NCBI GenBank assembly: GCA_965221775.1
Contig: CBDCSU010000004.1
Coordinates: forward strand, 1,116,011-1,180,010
Source of the DNA: Candidatus Latescibacterota bacterium
GTDB lineage: Bacteria > Latescibacterota > UBA2968 > UBA8231
DNA: 64,000 bases
Direction of reading: 5' to 3'
Below the pieces are notes generated by a model that saw nothing but the letters and a program-made list of their open reading frames with translations, was not told the origin of the DNA and ran no database searches. A program made the translations under genes and the position numbers. Position 1 is the first letter of the stretch. Each line of letters opens with the position of its first letter. Below are positions 18,361 to 28,096 of this stretch, piece by piece.

Positions 18361-19608
18361 ATGCAGACGATCACCGTATCCCGCAACGACGAGATCTACG
18401 AGGCCTTCGCCGACGTGGCGCAGGCCGCCGACGGCACCCTGGTCTGCACCTACCGCGAGAGCATGGGCCACAGCTCCCGCCCGTTCTCGCGCGTCATCGT
18501 GCGCCGCAGCTTCGACCGCGGACTCACCTGGGGCCCCCGCCAGGTGGTGGTCGAGCGCACCGAGGAGGAGACGGCCCGGGGGCAGGGCCGGCTCAACTGC
18601 TCGCGCATCGCCGCCTGCGGCGACGGCACCCTGCTGCTCGTCGTCGACCTGCTGCTCAGGGAGACCTTCGACGAGTACCTGGAGCCGCACCCGTGCATGA
18701 ACCTGCTGCTGCGCAGCCGCGACCACGGGGCCACCTGGGAGGGGCCGGAGGAGACCGGCCTCAGCGAGGGCATCGTCCCCTCGATCAAGGAGCTGTCCGA
18801 CGGCGGCCTGATCATCGGCGTCACCGAGCAGTGGCCGGGTCCCAAGGGGGTGGAGGACTACGTGGAAGTGCCGACCTGCTTCCTCTCTGGAGACGGCGGC
18901 CGCACCTGGGACGGCCCCTTCAGGATCCCGGATCCCGAGGGATCGCCCTGGACCGGGCGCCCCTGGCGCCTGAACGAGGGGGACTTCGCCGAGATGGACG
19001 ACGGCACCCTGATCTGCTACCTGCGCGAGGACGGCGAGGGTTTGAGCGGCTGGAAGAGCTTCTCCCGGGACGGCGGCCGCACCTGGTCGACGCCGGTGCG
19101 CACCCACATGATGCACTGCCTCGGCCGCCCCTCGGTGGGGCGCCTGCGCTCGGGGGAGGTGGCCGTCACCTACCGGGTCTCCTGCGGCCTCTCCACCTCC
19201 CTGGGCCTCTACGTGGAGACGCCGGCCGAGGCCCTGCGCGGCGCCCCCGAACGGGCGGGGGCCCCCGCCGACCCGGAGCAGTACCAGGGCGATACCGGGG
19301 CGCGCTTCGCCTTCCTCGACAACGACCGCGCCCTGTCGGCCGACAGCGGCTACTCGGGCTGGGTGCAGCTGCCCGACGGCGCCCTCTACGTGGTCAACTA
19401 CGTCACCGACGACGCCCCCCGCGCCCACATCCGCGGCTACCGCGTCGACCGCGAGGACTGGTACCTCTTTCCCGAGGGGGCGGTCCGCGCCAACCACCCC
19501 CTGTCGGCGAATCCCCGCTACTACGAGAAGGCCCAGCAGATGGCCCGCGAGCAGCAGCAGTGGGTCGACGGGCAGGACTGGTCGCGTCGGGTGCCCACGC
19601 AGAAGTAG
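18361..19608 (+). CDS. BNR/Asp-box sialidase-fold protein
   Basis: Four SxDxGxTW Asp-boxes; DSGYSGW. Confidence 0.85.
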   Translation: MQTITVSRNDEIYEAFADVAQAADGTLVCTYRESMGHSSRPFSRVIVRRSFDRGLTWGPRQVVVERTEEETARGQGRLNCSRIAACGDGTLLLVVDLLLRETFDEYLEPHPCMNLLLRSRDHGATWEGPEETGLSEGIVPSIKELSDGGLIIGVTEQWPGPKGVEDYVEVPTCFLSGDGGRTWDGPFRIPDPEGSPWTGRPWRLNEGDFAEMDDGTLICYLREDGEGLSGWKSFSRDGGRTWSTPVRTHMMHCLGRPSVGRLRSGEVAVTYRVSCGLSTSLGLYVETPAEALRGAPERAGAPADPEQYQGDTGARFAFLDNDRALSADSGYSGWVQLPDGALYVVNYVTDDAPRAHIRGYRVDREDWYLFPEGAVRANHPLSANPRYYEKAQQMAREQQQWVDGQDWSRRVPTQK

Positions 19609-19771
19609 GGTTTCCAACGCCCGAGGGTGATCGGCGGGTACGCAGGTCGGGAGCACTCCGAGGTCCGGCGGGCGCGGCAACCTGATTGCGGACTTCCGGT
19701 CGAGGCCGTCCATGCGTCCCCCGGACCAGGGCAATCCGAGGCCCCGCGAAGGCTGAACCCGATGGCCGGCG

Positions 19772-21127
19772 CTACCGGTCGAGGCCCTCCAGGTGTCTCC
19801 GGAGCAACTCGGCCACCTCCCCCGCGCCTTCCCTCCGCGCCAGGTCCAGCGGCGTGTCGCCGTTGGCATTGGTCAGAGTGGGGTCCGCCCCGGCCGCCAG
19901 CAGCCGCCGCGTGCTCTCCAAGTTTCTGCGCGCGTGATGGAGCGGCGTGTTGTCCATCGCCTCCGGTGCGCGCACGTTCGGGTCCGCGCCGGCGTCGATC
20001 AGCAGCTGCACCGACTGCGGGTTCTCCGCGGCCACCCAGTGCAGGGCCGCGCGCCCGCCGATGGCGTCGGGGTTGCCGCCGTGGACCAGGATCAGCTTCA
20101 GGCAGGCCGGCACCCGGTTGCGCCAGGCGGCGGCGAGGACCGCCTTGTCCGTGACTTCGGCGCCGTGCTCGACGAGGAGACGGCAGGACTCGGTGTCGTC
20201 CCGGCCCGCGGCCCGGGCGAGGGCGTCGCCGGCGTTCGCATCGGCGCCGGCGGCAAGCAGCAGCCCCAGGGTGGCGTGGCTGCCGACGGCGACGGCGAAG
20301 TCGACGGGAGTCCTGCCGTCCCCGAGCCGCTCGTTGGCGCGGGCCGGGTCGGCCTGCAGAAGCGCCCGGAGCCGGGACACGTCATTCAGAGCCGCCGCGG
20401 TGAACACGTCGACCTCGAGGCCGCGCTCGATCAGGGCTTCGACCAGCACCCGGCCGGTCTCCCGCATGCCTTCGCGGGCGTTCCGCTTCAGCTGTTCCGC
20501 CCCTGCCTGCATGAGCGTGCAGCCCCGCTCGTCCCGGCGCTGGAGGAGTCCGGGATCCTCGTCCACCAGCGCGATCACACGATCGGTCAACCCGGCGCGG
20601 ACGAGCATCCAGGGCGTCGCCGTCGCTCCGTGCTGCACGAGCAGGTCGACCCGGTCCGTGCGCCCGTGGTTCGCCGCCTGCAGCAGGGCCGCCGTGCCCT
20701 GATCGCCGGTCACATCGGCGCCCGCCTCCAGCAGCCGCCGCATCTTCTCCGGACCGCCCTCCCAGGCGGCGACGACGATCGGCGCGCAGTGGTCGGTGTT
20801 GACATTGTGGCCCATGGCATCGGGATCGGCGCCGTGCTCCAGGAGAAGGCGGACAACCTCCAGGCTCCGGGGCGGCTCGCCACGCGGATCGAGGAAACTG
20901 TTGGCCGCCAGGTGGAGGGCCGTCGAGCTGCGATCCGTCAACGACTCGCGCAGGGCCGTCTCGAACGCCTGGCCCCGGAGATTCATCGCCTTGTCGCTGA
21001 CGCGGGCCTCGGTCAGCGCCGGGTTGGCCTCCAGACAGGCGCGCAGGGCGTCCAGGTCCAGGTCCCTCACGGCGGCGAACCAGGCGACCCGCTCGGCGTG
21101 GGAGAAGGCCGCATCCGCGTCCCTCAC
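19772..21127 (-). CDS. Ankyrin repeat protein
   Basis: TALHLAA, LLEHGADP, TPLHHA, GDTPLDLA; GTGA coupling. Confidence 0.85.
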   Translation of the reverse strand: MRDADAAFSHAERVAWFAAVRDLDLDALRACLEANPALTEARVSDKAMNLRGQAFETALRESLTDRSSTALHLAANSFLDPRGEPPRSLEVVRLLLEHGADPDAMGHNVNTDHCAPIVVAAWEGGPEKMRRLLEAGADVTGDQGTAALLQAANHGRTDRVDLLVQHGATATPWMLVRAGLTDRVIALVDEDPGLLQRRDERGCTLMQAGAEQLKRNAREGMRETGRVLVEALIERGLEVDVFTAAALNDVSRLRALLQADPARANERLGDGRTPVDFAVAVGSHATLGLLLAAGADANAGDALARAAGRDDTESCRLLVEHGAEVTDKAVLAAAWRNRVPACLKLILVHGGNPDAIGGRAALHWVAAENPQSVQLLIDAGADPNVRAPEAMDNTPLHHARRNLESTRRLLAAGADPTLTNANGDTPLDLARREGAGEVAELLRRHLEGLDR

Positions 21128-22245
21128 GGCGCCTCCTTCAGGAACCTGCACCCGAACCTCGCCAACTGCATCGCCGTCCTGCCCGCCGGCGTCTCGATCG
21201 AGGTGTCGGCCCCGAGGACGATCAGAATCTCCGCCGCCTCGACCTCGCCGGTGTAGGTCGACCTGTGCAGGGGCGTGCGCCCCTTCGCGTCGGGCCAGTC
21301 CAGGTCGGCGCCGTGGGCGGCCAGCAGCCAGATCATCTCCGTGTGTCCCCACTCGGCGGCCAGGTGCAGCGGCGTGCGGTCGGTCTCGGTGATGGCATCG
21401 ACCTCGGCTCCCTTCGCCAGCAGCCACGCCGCGCAGCGCCCGGCATCGCCCCGCACCGCCCAGTGGAGCGGCGTCATGCCGGCCTCGTGGCGGTCGGTGA
21501 CCGCGGCCTCGCCGCTCTCCACCAGTTCCCTTGCGCGGGCCAGGTCGTCCCGGCCGCAGGCGGAGAAGATGTCGTAGTACGCACCGCGCTCCAGGAGGAA
21601 CTCCGCGAAGCCCATCCGCCGGCTCCACAGCTCCGGATTGTGCCAGGGCGCGAAGGCGCCGTCGAAGGGCGGCGCCACCGCGTCCTGCAGCACCGTCCGG
21701 CCACGCTCGCCGTTGCCGGTCATCTCGGCTTCCGGATCGCCCCCGTACTGGAGGATGAACTCCGCCACCTCCCGCGGCCGGCCGACGCACCCGTAGAGCA
21801 GGGTCGCGTTGCCAGGGATGCCCCGGGGCTTGGCGTTGACCACCTTGGCGTTCGAGACCCCGGCGTCGAAGAGGGTCCGCAGGGACTGCAGGTTGCCGTT
21901 GGCGAAGGCCCGGAAGACCGGGTGGTACTCGTGCCGGCGGTCCATCCCCGTCTGGCAGTCGTAGAGCTCATCGACGCCCTGATCGAGCAGGAACCGCACC
22001 GCGTCGTGGGTCCCGTGGTAGACGGTGGCCGGCACGAGAGCCAGCGGTCCGACGGTGGTGAGCAGAGAGGGGTCCTCCTTCAGCAGCGACCTCATCCGGG
22101 GCACGTCGCACTCGGCGTGGCTGTCGTCGCTCGCGTCATGGGCGGCGGCGGTGACGAACTCCCTCTCACGGCGAGTCAGCTTGCGGCCCTCGCGCCGTTC
22201 GAAGGCGGCCTCCACCCGGATCCTCACTCTCTCGGCAGGGTCCAC
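21124..22245 (-). CDS. Ankyrin repeat protein
   Basis: GMTPLHWA, RTPLHLAA, GRTPLH; SD GAGGAGG before GTG. Confidence 0.85.
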   Translation of the reverse strand: MDPAERVRIRVEAAFERREGRKLTRREREFVTAAAHDASDDSHAECDVPRMRSLLKEDPSLLTTVGPLALVPATVYHGTHDAVRFLLDQGVDELYDCQTGMDRRHEYHPVFRAFANGNLQSLRTLFDAGVSNAKVVNAKPRGIPGNATLLYGCVGRPREVAEFILQYGGDPEAEMTGNGERGRTVLQDAVAPPFDGAFAPWHNPELWSRRMGFAEFLLERGAYYDIFSACGRDDLARARELVESGEAAVTDRHEAGMTPLHWAVRGDAGRCAAWLLAKGAEVDAITETDRTPLHLAAEWGHTEMIWLLAAHGADLDWPDAKGRTPLHRSTYTGEVEAAEILIVLGADTSIETPAGRTAMQLARFGCRFLKEAP

Positions 22246-22298
22246 TTCGTCGGTTCCTCCTCGGTCGAAATCGCGTCCGGCGGCCGCCGGAGGGGCTC

Positions 22299-23690
22299 TC
22301 AGCGGAACAGCAGAAGGCCGAAGTCGTCCGGGTTGTGGGCGTCGGAGCCGAAGGTGCGGACCCACTGCGTGTACTCGCGCCCGCGGAAGGTCCGTATGAA
22401 GTTGAACCCCCAGACCGTCCCGGGCCTCGGGCGCGGGAACTGCGGCTGGCCGAACTCCAGCCGGTATTCGAGCGACCAGAGATCGTCCCCCACGTGGGCG
22501 GCGGCCTCGCCGTCGGCGTCCCAGGCCCTTTCCTCGTCACGGACGGACCGGTCGCTCTTGACGAGGTACCTGTCCGATACCACCCCCATCGAATTGACCC
22601 CGGTGTGCACGTAGTTCATCCGGTCGAGGTTCGCGTCGATGAAGAGCTCCACCATGTCATCCCGCCAGATCGCCCCGTCGTGACCGTGATCCCCGACGAC
22701 GATGCTGTCGGGATGGGCGTCGAACCCCCGGAACCCGATGAACAGGGCCTCGGAGGTGTAGCCCGCGAGGAACTCGGTCCGCAGATCGGAGGCCACGGCG
22801 GCGTTGTGGCCTCGGCTGAACTGGTAGAAGGTGTCGGCGCGCGCCGCCTCCGCCCACACGCTCTCGTCGAGCCGTCCGTCGATGCGCGGCTCCGACCGCA
22901 ACCGGGGAATGTCCAGGAGCATGCCGTGCCGCCGCAGGCACTCCAGGCCTTCGTCCGTCCGGCCGTTGTCGTAGAGGTGCCGGCCCAGCCGGTAGTTGGC
23001 TCGCTTGCCGCCGGGCCAGGCGGCGACGGCCTGGCGGTAGAGATCCAGCGCCAGGGCCAGGTCGACTTCCAGCTCGGCCTTGCGGGCGGCGTCCAGGAGC
23101 TCGTCCACGGCGCCGGCGAGTCGAATCCGCGCCTCCATCCGGGTCCCGATGTGGGCGGACCCCGCCAGCCTCAGCGCCGAGGCGCGGGCGCGCTCCTCCA
23201 GGTCCTCTTCCAGTTCGTCGAGACGGTTCAGGGCCAGGAGGCACTCATACAGAACCGAAGCATCCGACTCCGTCTCCAGGGCCTGCACGAGGGCGCCCGC
23301 GGCCTCGACCCGCCCCTGAACCCCCAGCCCCCGGGCGATGCGCGCGCGGACCTCGGGGTCGCCGTCGGTGAGCAGGTGTTGCTCCAGACGGGGCACGATG
23401 CGTCCGTCCCCGACCCGCGTCATCAGGCTCAGCATGACGTCGACCAGGTGGGGCCGGGCCGCGTCCCGGGCGGGGTCCTCCAGGGCGGCCAGCAGCGGCG
23501 TCACGGCGCGGTCGGTGGCCAGCAGCAGCTCCTGGCGCGCCGATTCCCGCTCCTCGGGATCCTCGAGCTGCCCGACCAGGTCGTCGAGACTCGGTCCGCA
23601 GGCCGCAAGACCCAGGGCCTGCAGCAGGACCAGGGGCCACCTGTATCCCCGCGTGTTGAAGAGTCGATCGCACATGCGGACGAGGTCCAC
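22299..23690 (-). CDS. Lipoprotein with HEAT repeats, TPR and C-terminal CBM9-like domain
   Basis: LAAC lipobox; DPEVRARIARGLG; PRIDGRLDESVW...DDMVELFID...WGFNFIR. Confidence 0.7.
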   Translation of the reverse strand: MDLVRMCDRLFNTRGYRWPLVLLQALGLAACGPSLDDLVGQLEDPEERESARQELLLATDRAVTPLLAALEDPARDAARPHLVDVMLSLMTRVGDGRIVPRLEQHLLTDGDPEVRARIARGLGVQGRVEAAGALVQALETESDASVLYECLLALNRLDELEEDLEERARASALRLAGSAHIGTRMEARIRLAGAVDELLDAARKAELEVDLALALDLYRQAVAAWPGGKRANYRLGRHLYDNGRTDEGLECLRRHGMLLDIPRLRSEPRIDGRLDESVWAEAARADTFYQFSRGHNAAVASDLRTEFLAGYTSEALFIGFRGFDAHPDSIVVGDHGHDGAIWRDDMVELFIDANLDRMNYVHTGVNSMGVVSDRYLVKSDRSVRDEERAWDADGEAAAHVGDDLWSLEYRLEFGQPQFPRPRPGTVWGFNFIRTFRGREYTQWVRTFGSDAHNPDDFGLLLFR

Positions 23691-23788
23691 GGAGATCCCT
23701 TACGGAGCCGGGGCCCCTTGAACGCGGGCCCCCGGCTGCACACAATACGACATCCCCAAGGCATTCGTGATTCACCAGGAGCCGCCCC

Positions 23789-24889
23789 ATGACGAACCCC
23801 TCGCCCCACCTGCACCAGGTCGACCCCCTCACCGAGGAGCAGATCGCGCGCTTCAAGCGCGACGGCCTGCTGATCCTGCCGGGCGTGCTCGACGCCGACC
23901 TGTGCCGCCGGGCGCGGGACCAGATGTGGGAGATCATCGACGAGCACCGCCCCGCCATGCGCCGCGACGATCCGGCCACGTGGGTGCCGCTGACCGAGGA
24001 GGAAAAGGCCTCCTACCCGCGCGCCGACACCGGGGGCGATCCCTACTTCTCCGGCGGCGGGCACCGGTACTACATCCGCAACGGCGTCGAGGAGCTGCTG
24101 CTGGACCTGGCCCCCCGCGCCCTGTGGCGCGTCGCCGAGCAGCTGCTGGGCGAGGGCGAGGTGGTGTGGCCCGCGGGCGCCGACGAGGCCGGCGAGACCA
24201 CCGGTCCGTGCCTGCTGACGGAAGGCTCCGTGGGGGGCTTCTCGCCCCACCTCGGCGACGAGCCGGAGAAGTGGACCGGACCGGTCACGGGCCGGACCGA
24301 GCAGGTGCGCCTGCCGAAGACGGGGCCCGTGTGGTTGACGGGCCAGGGCACCCGCGGCCTGTACTGCACCCTCCCCGACAGCCCGCCGCCCCCCGAGAAC
24401 TACCGCGGCGCCCACGCCGAGGCCCTCTACGACACGCGCTGGCGGATCCAGATCGCCGCCTACATCGACGACCTGCCGCCCCGGGCCGGCGGCCTGACCC
24501 TGTTCCCGGGCAGCCACCGGCGCATCTGGGACCACCGGGAGGCCCTGCACCGCGACTGCCCGCCGCCCGCGGTGCCAGAAGGGTCGCCGGAGTGGAACGG
24601 GTACACCGCGCCCCCGCTCCCGGAGATCAAGGCCGACACCGAGCCGGTGGAGACGGCCGGACCCTCGGGCTCGGTCGTGCTCTGGCACGCCAACCTGCTC
24701 CACATGGCCGGTCAGAACCAGCGCCGCGACGTGATCCGCCAGGCGACGATCTACGCCTTCGCCAAGACCGCCGAGGCGGTGCCGGACGAGGTGGTCAAGC
24801 GGGATCCGAGCGGCGACCTGTGGCGCGACTGGTCGGAGGCGGTGCGGTCGATCGAGGCGGCGGCCCCGGAGCAGGAGATTCCTCGATGA
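23789..24889 (+). CDS. Phytanoyl-CoA dioxygenase (PhyH) family
   Basis: LTEEQIARFKRDG, GGLTLFPGSH, GSVVLWH..LLH. Confidence 0.82.
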   Translation: MTNPSPHLHQVDPLTEEQIARFKRDGLLILPGVLDADLCRRARDQMWEIIDEHRPAMRRDDPATWVPLTEEEKASYPRADTGGDPYFSGGGHRYYIRNGVEELLLDLAPRALWRVAEQLLGEGEVVWPAGADEAGETTGPCLLTEGSVGGFSPHLGDEPEKWTGPVTGRTEQVRLPKTGPVWLTGQGTRGLYCTLPDSPPPPENYRGAHAEALYDTRWRIQIAAYIDDLPPRAGGLTLFPGSHRRIWDHREALHRDCPPPAVPEGSPEWNGYTAPPLPEIKADTEPVETAGPSGSVVLWHANLLHMAGQNQRRDVIRQATIYAFAKTAEAVPDEVVKRDPSGDLWRDWSEAVRSIEAAAPEQEIPR

Positions 24890-25887
24890 CCGAGCCCGAA
24901 CCGATCAACTGGGGAATCCTCAGCACCGCCCGCATCGGCGTCACCGCCTTCATCCCCTCGGCCCGGGCCACCCCCGGCGCCCGGGTACAGGCCGTGGCCA
25001 GCCGCAGCCGGGAGAAGGCCGAGGCCTTCGCCCGCGAGCACGACATCCCACTGGCCCTGGGCGGCTACCAGGCCCTGGTGGAACACCCCGACGTCGACGC
25101 GATCTACATCTCGCTGCCCAACTCGCTCCACGCCGAGTGGACCGTCGCCGCCGCCCGGGCCGGCAAGCACGTGTTCTGCGAGAAGCCGCTGGCCGTCACC
25201 GCCGGGGAGGGCCGGCGGATGGCCGCCGCCTGCGGCGAGGCGGGGGTCCTGCTCTTCGAGGCCTTCGTCTTCATGCACCACCCCCAGAGCCGGCGCATCC
25301 GCGAGATCCTCGGGACGGGGGAGATCGGCGCCCTGCGCCACATCGACGCGGGCATGGCCTTCGTCGTCGACGATCCGGCCAACATCCGCCTGATCAAGGC
25401 GCTGGGCGGCGGCAGCATCTACGACGGCGGGGTCTACCCCATCACCTTCGCCCGCTTCATCGCCGGCGCCGACCCCGTGAGCGTGATGGCGAACATGCGC
25501 TTCGACGAGCGCTCCGGGGTGGACGTGGCGGTATCGCTGATCCTCGAGTTCCCCGGCGGCCTCACGGCGACCCTGTACTGCGGCTTCCAGGGCCGCGGCG
25601 GCGCCCATGCCCGGATCATCGGGGACCGGGGCCGGCTGGTGGTGCCCGCCCCCTACCATCCCGGCGCCGAGAGCCGCTTCGAGGTCGTCCCGGCTTCCGG
25701 CGAAGAGCGCACCGAGACGACCCGCACCGGGACCCCGCCGTTTCAGCCGGCGATCGAGTTCTTCCAGCGGTGCATGCGCGGGGAGGAGACCCCCGCGTAC
25801 ATGGCCGACCACGCCGAGGGCACCCTCCGGGTGGTGGAAGCGGCCTTCGAGTCCGCCCGCGGCGGCCGGCGAGTCGACCTGGCCTGA
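24886..25887 (+). CDS. Gfo/Idh/MocA oxidoreductase (xylose dehydrogenase-like)
   Basis: WGILSTARIG, YISLPNSLH, GKHVFCEKP, GGGSIYDGG.Y. Confidence 0.92.
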   Translation: MTEPEPINWGILSTARIGVTAFIPSARATPGARVQAVASRSREKAEAFAREHDIPLALGGYQALVEHPDVDAIYISLPNSLHAEWTVAAARAGKHVFCEKPLAVTAGEGRRMAAACGEAGVLLFEAFVFMHHPQSRRIREILGTGEIGALRHIDAGMAFVVDDPANIRLIKALGGGSIYDGGVYPITFARFIAGADPVSVMANMRFDERSGVDVAVSLILEFPGGLTATLYCGFQGRGGAHARIIGDRGRLVVPAPYHPGAESRFEVVPASGEERTETTRTGTPPFQPAIEFFQRCMRGEETPAYMADHAEGTLRVVEAAFESARGGRRVDLA

Positions 25888-25931
25888 GGGGACCGTGCGA
25901 GCTGTGCGGGACCCCCTCGGTCAGGGCACGG

Positions 25932-27806
25932 TCACTCCGCCGCGACCTTGATCTCCAGGCTCGCGGTGCCCGCGAGATAGAGGTCGACCTCCTCCTGGGC
26001 GGATGCGGTCGGCTGGGGGCCCGGGTCCGGGCCGAAGAAGGTATCCCCGAAACCCCCTGAATCGGGCGGCGGCTGCCCTTCCGTCCCCTCCGCCGGAAGG
26101 GGCATGGCGTAAGTCACCCGCACCTTCAGCTGGACGTTCCCGTCCGCCTCGTTCAACCGCGCAATGGCATCCTCGAGCGTCTCCTCGAGCGTCTCGTCGG
26201 CCCCCGGGCCGGTGCCGAAGAGGCCGAGGAACAGGTCGCCCTCGCCGCCGTCCTGCAGGGACGCCGCGGAGCCGGCCTCCAACTGGTAGACCCCGGCGGG
26301 AAGGGTGTCGGGCAGGTCGAGGTCGACCTCGATCTCCCGGTCCATCCTCCGGCCTACGCGCAGCGAGGTCGTGACCGTCAGCACCTCTCCCGGAGTGACG
26401 ACGGTGTCGGCGGAGACCTCCACCACCTGGGCGAATCGAGGCTCGGCGATCACCTCGACGTGAACCTCCGCCTCCCGCACACCAAGGGTGTAGTCGTGTC
26501 GAGACACGAGTTCCGCGAGGGCGCCGAAGAGGTCGTATTCGGCGTTCGAGACCAGGGGGAACAGGCGCCCGTCGGGATCGGCGTACAGGCGCGATCGAGA
26601 GAGGGTTGCCTCGGTCCCCGCGAAGGAGATGTCCGTCGTCACACGGAGGCTGTGGTCGGCATCGTTGTCGAGCCGGTTGGACAAGGGCGAGAAGACGGCG
26701 ACGGGCAGGAGGCCGCTCGGATTGACGCCCCTGGCGGGCATCCGGTGCACCAGCTCTTCCTCGGCCCCCGAGGGGAAGCGGTAGCGGCTGGTCACCGCCA
26801 GCAGTTCCGGCCCCTCATCGAGGACACCGCGCACGGCGGGCAGGCGGTCCTCGGTAAGGGTGCCGCGAACCGTCGGGTTGAGGGTGGTGAACTTGAACGG
26901 CGCCGAGAGGTTGGAGATCTCTCCGAGGACCTTGGCCTCGATGATCGGCAGGTTCACCGCGCCGGCCTGGTCCATCGGATGCCCGAAGCCGTACACACGA
27001 TCGCCGTCGACGTAGGAGATCGTCCCGACGGCGGCTGCCGTGATCTCTCCCAGCAGCACCCCGACCGTCAGCGGCCGGCCGGCTTCGAAGCTCTCCTGCC
27101 GCTCCTGGGTCAGGGCGGCGGAGACGGCCTCGCTCCATGGGAAGGACCTGTCCGCCGGCAGAGGCTGGGCGGGGTTGAGGCCCGTCACCACCTGGGGCAC
27201 TTCCAGGGGGGCGATGCGGGCGCCGCCCCAGGTGGCGGCCGGTTTCCCCGCCGGCAGCGTGCCGCGCTCTCCGATGACCCACTCGATAGGCGTGGCGAAG
27301 AAGTAGTAGGGCGGGCTGTCCTGGGCGCCGAACCCGTAGGCGATGGCGCCCCAGGTGCCGTCCTCGGAGAACAGTGGAGATCCGCTCATGCCCTTGGCGA
27401 TCCCTCCGAGCTGGATCAGCACCGGGTCGGAGGCCTCCACCATGATCACCGGCATGGGCGGCAGGAAGTCGTCCACCACGGCGACGAACTTCATCTCGAG
27501 ATCGGCGAGCTCGCCGTTGGCGAACTCGGTCCGCAGGTAGACCGGCATGCCCTCGGGCCTGGAACGGACCGAGTCGATGGAGACGATGGCGGACAGATCC
27601 CAGGGCAGCAGCTCTCCGCTTGGCCGCAGGACCTCGTCGCCGGCCGCCGCCAGGGAAGCGGCGGCTGCCACCATCGCATCCGCCGCCGCGATCAGCGAGT
27701 CGGCGGCCGCCTGCCTCGGGTCTACCGGGGCGGTCGGACCATCGTCATCTCCGCAGGCCGACAGGCCGAGGAGGAGCAGCGGCAACAGCACGGTTCGGAT
27801 GGACAT
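25932..27806 (-). CDS. SpoIVB peptidase S55-domain lipoprotein
   Basis: LSAC lipobox; GIAKGMSGSP, GAIAY, TPIE, GFGHPM. Confidence 0.8.
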   Translation of the reverse strand: MSIRTVLLPLLLLGLSACGDDDGPTAPVDPRQAAADSLIAAADAMVAAAASLAAAGDEVLRPSGELLPWDLSAIVSIDSVRSRPEGMPVYLRTEFANGELADLEMKFVAVVDDFLPPMPVIMVEASDPVLIQLGGIAKGMSGSPLFSEDGTWGAIAYGFGAQDSPPYYFFATPIEWVIGERGTLPAGKPAATWGGARIAPLEVPQVVTGLNPAQPLPADRSFPWSEAVSAALTQERQESFEAGRPLTVGVLLGEITAAAVGTISYVDGDRVYGFGHPMDQAGAVNLPIIEAKVLGEISNLSAPFKFTTLNPTVRGTLTEDRLPAVRGVLDEGPELLAVTSRYRFPSGAEEELVHRMPARGVNPSGLLPVAVFSPLSNRLDNDADHSLRVTTDISFAGTEATLSRSRLYADPDGRLFPLVSNAEYDLFGALAELVSRHDYTLGVREAEVHVEVIAEPRFAQVVEVSADTVVTPGEVLTVTTSLRVGRRMDREIEVDLDLPDTLPAGVYQLEAGSAASLQDGGEGDLFLGLFGTGPGADETLEETLEDAIARLNEADGNVQLKVRVTYAMPLPAEGTEGQPPPDSGGFGDTFFGPDPGPQPTASAQEEVDLYLAGTASLEIKVAAE

Positions 27807-28096
27807 TTCTTCCTCCTTGTTCACGTAAGCAGTGGCTCGGGAGGTGGCGCCCCCTCACCCGCGGGGCCCCACCTTGAGGAACAGACGAGCCCTGACGGGA
27901 TTGGTTCCCGTCCTGACGTTTTTCCGGGAACCGGCCGTTTGCCGTTTCCGGCGATACCGGTCAAATGGTTGGAACAGCCGGCCTCCGGGTGCCCGGAGCG
28001 CCAGGGCGCGGCAGGACTTCGGCCAGGCGCGAGCCCCGCGTCCGCCCTTGAGCCACTGCCGGCCAGGCCCTTCCTTCGGGCGCCGGAGGCCTGGCG

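Noticed and set aside
27825-27960. Cobalamin or c-di-GMP riboswitch-like words (GAGCCACTG, GGCAAAC) on the minus strand
   Set aside because: The remaining conserved elements of either riboswitch are absent.
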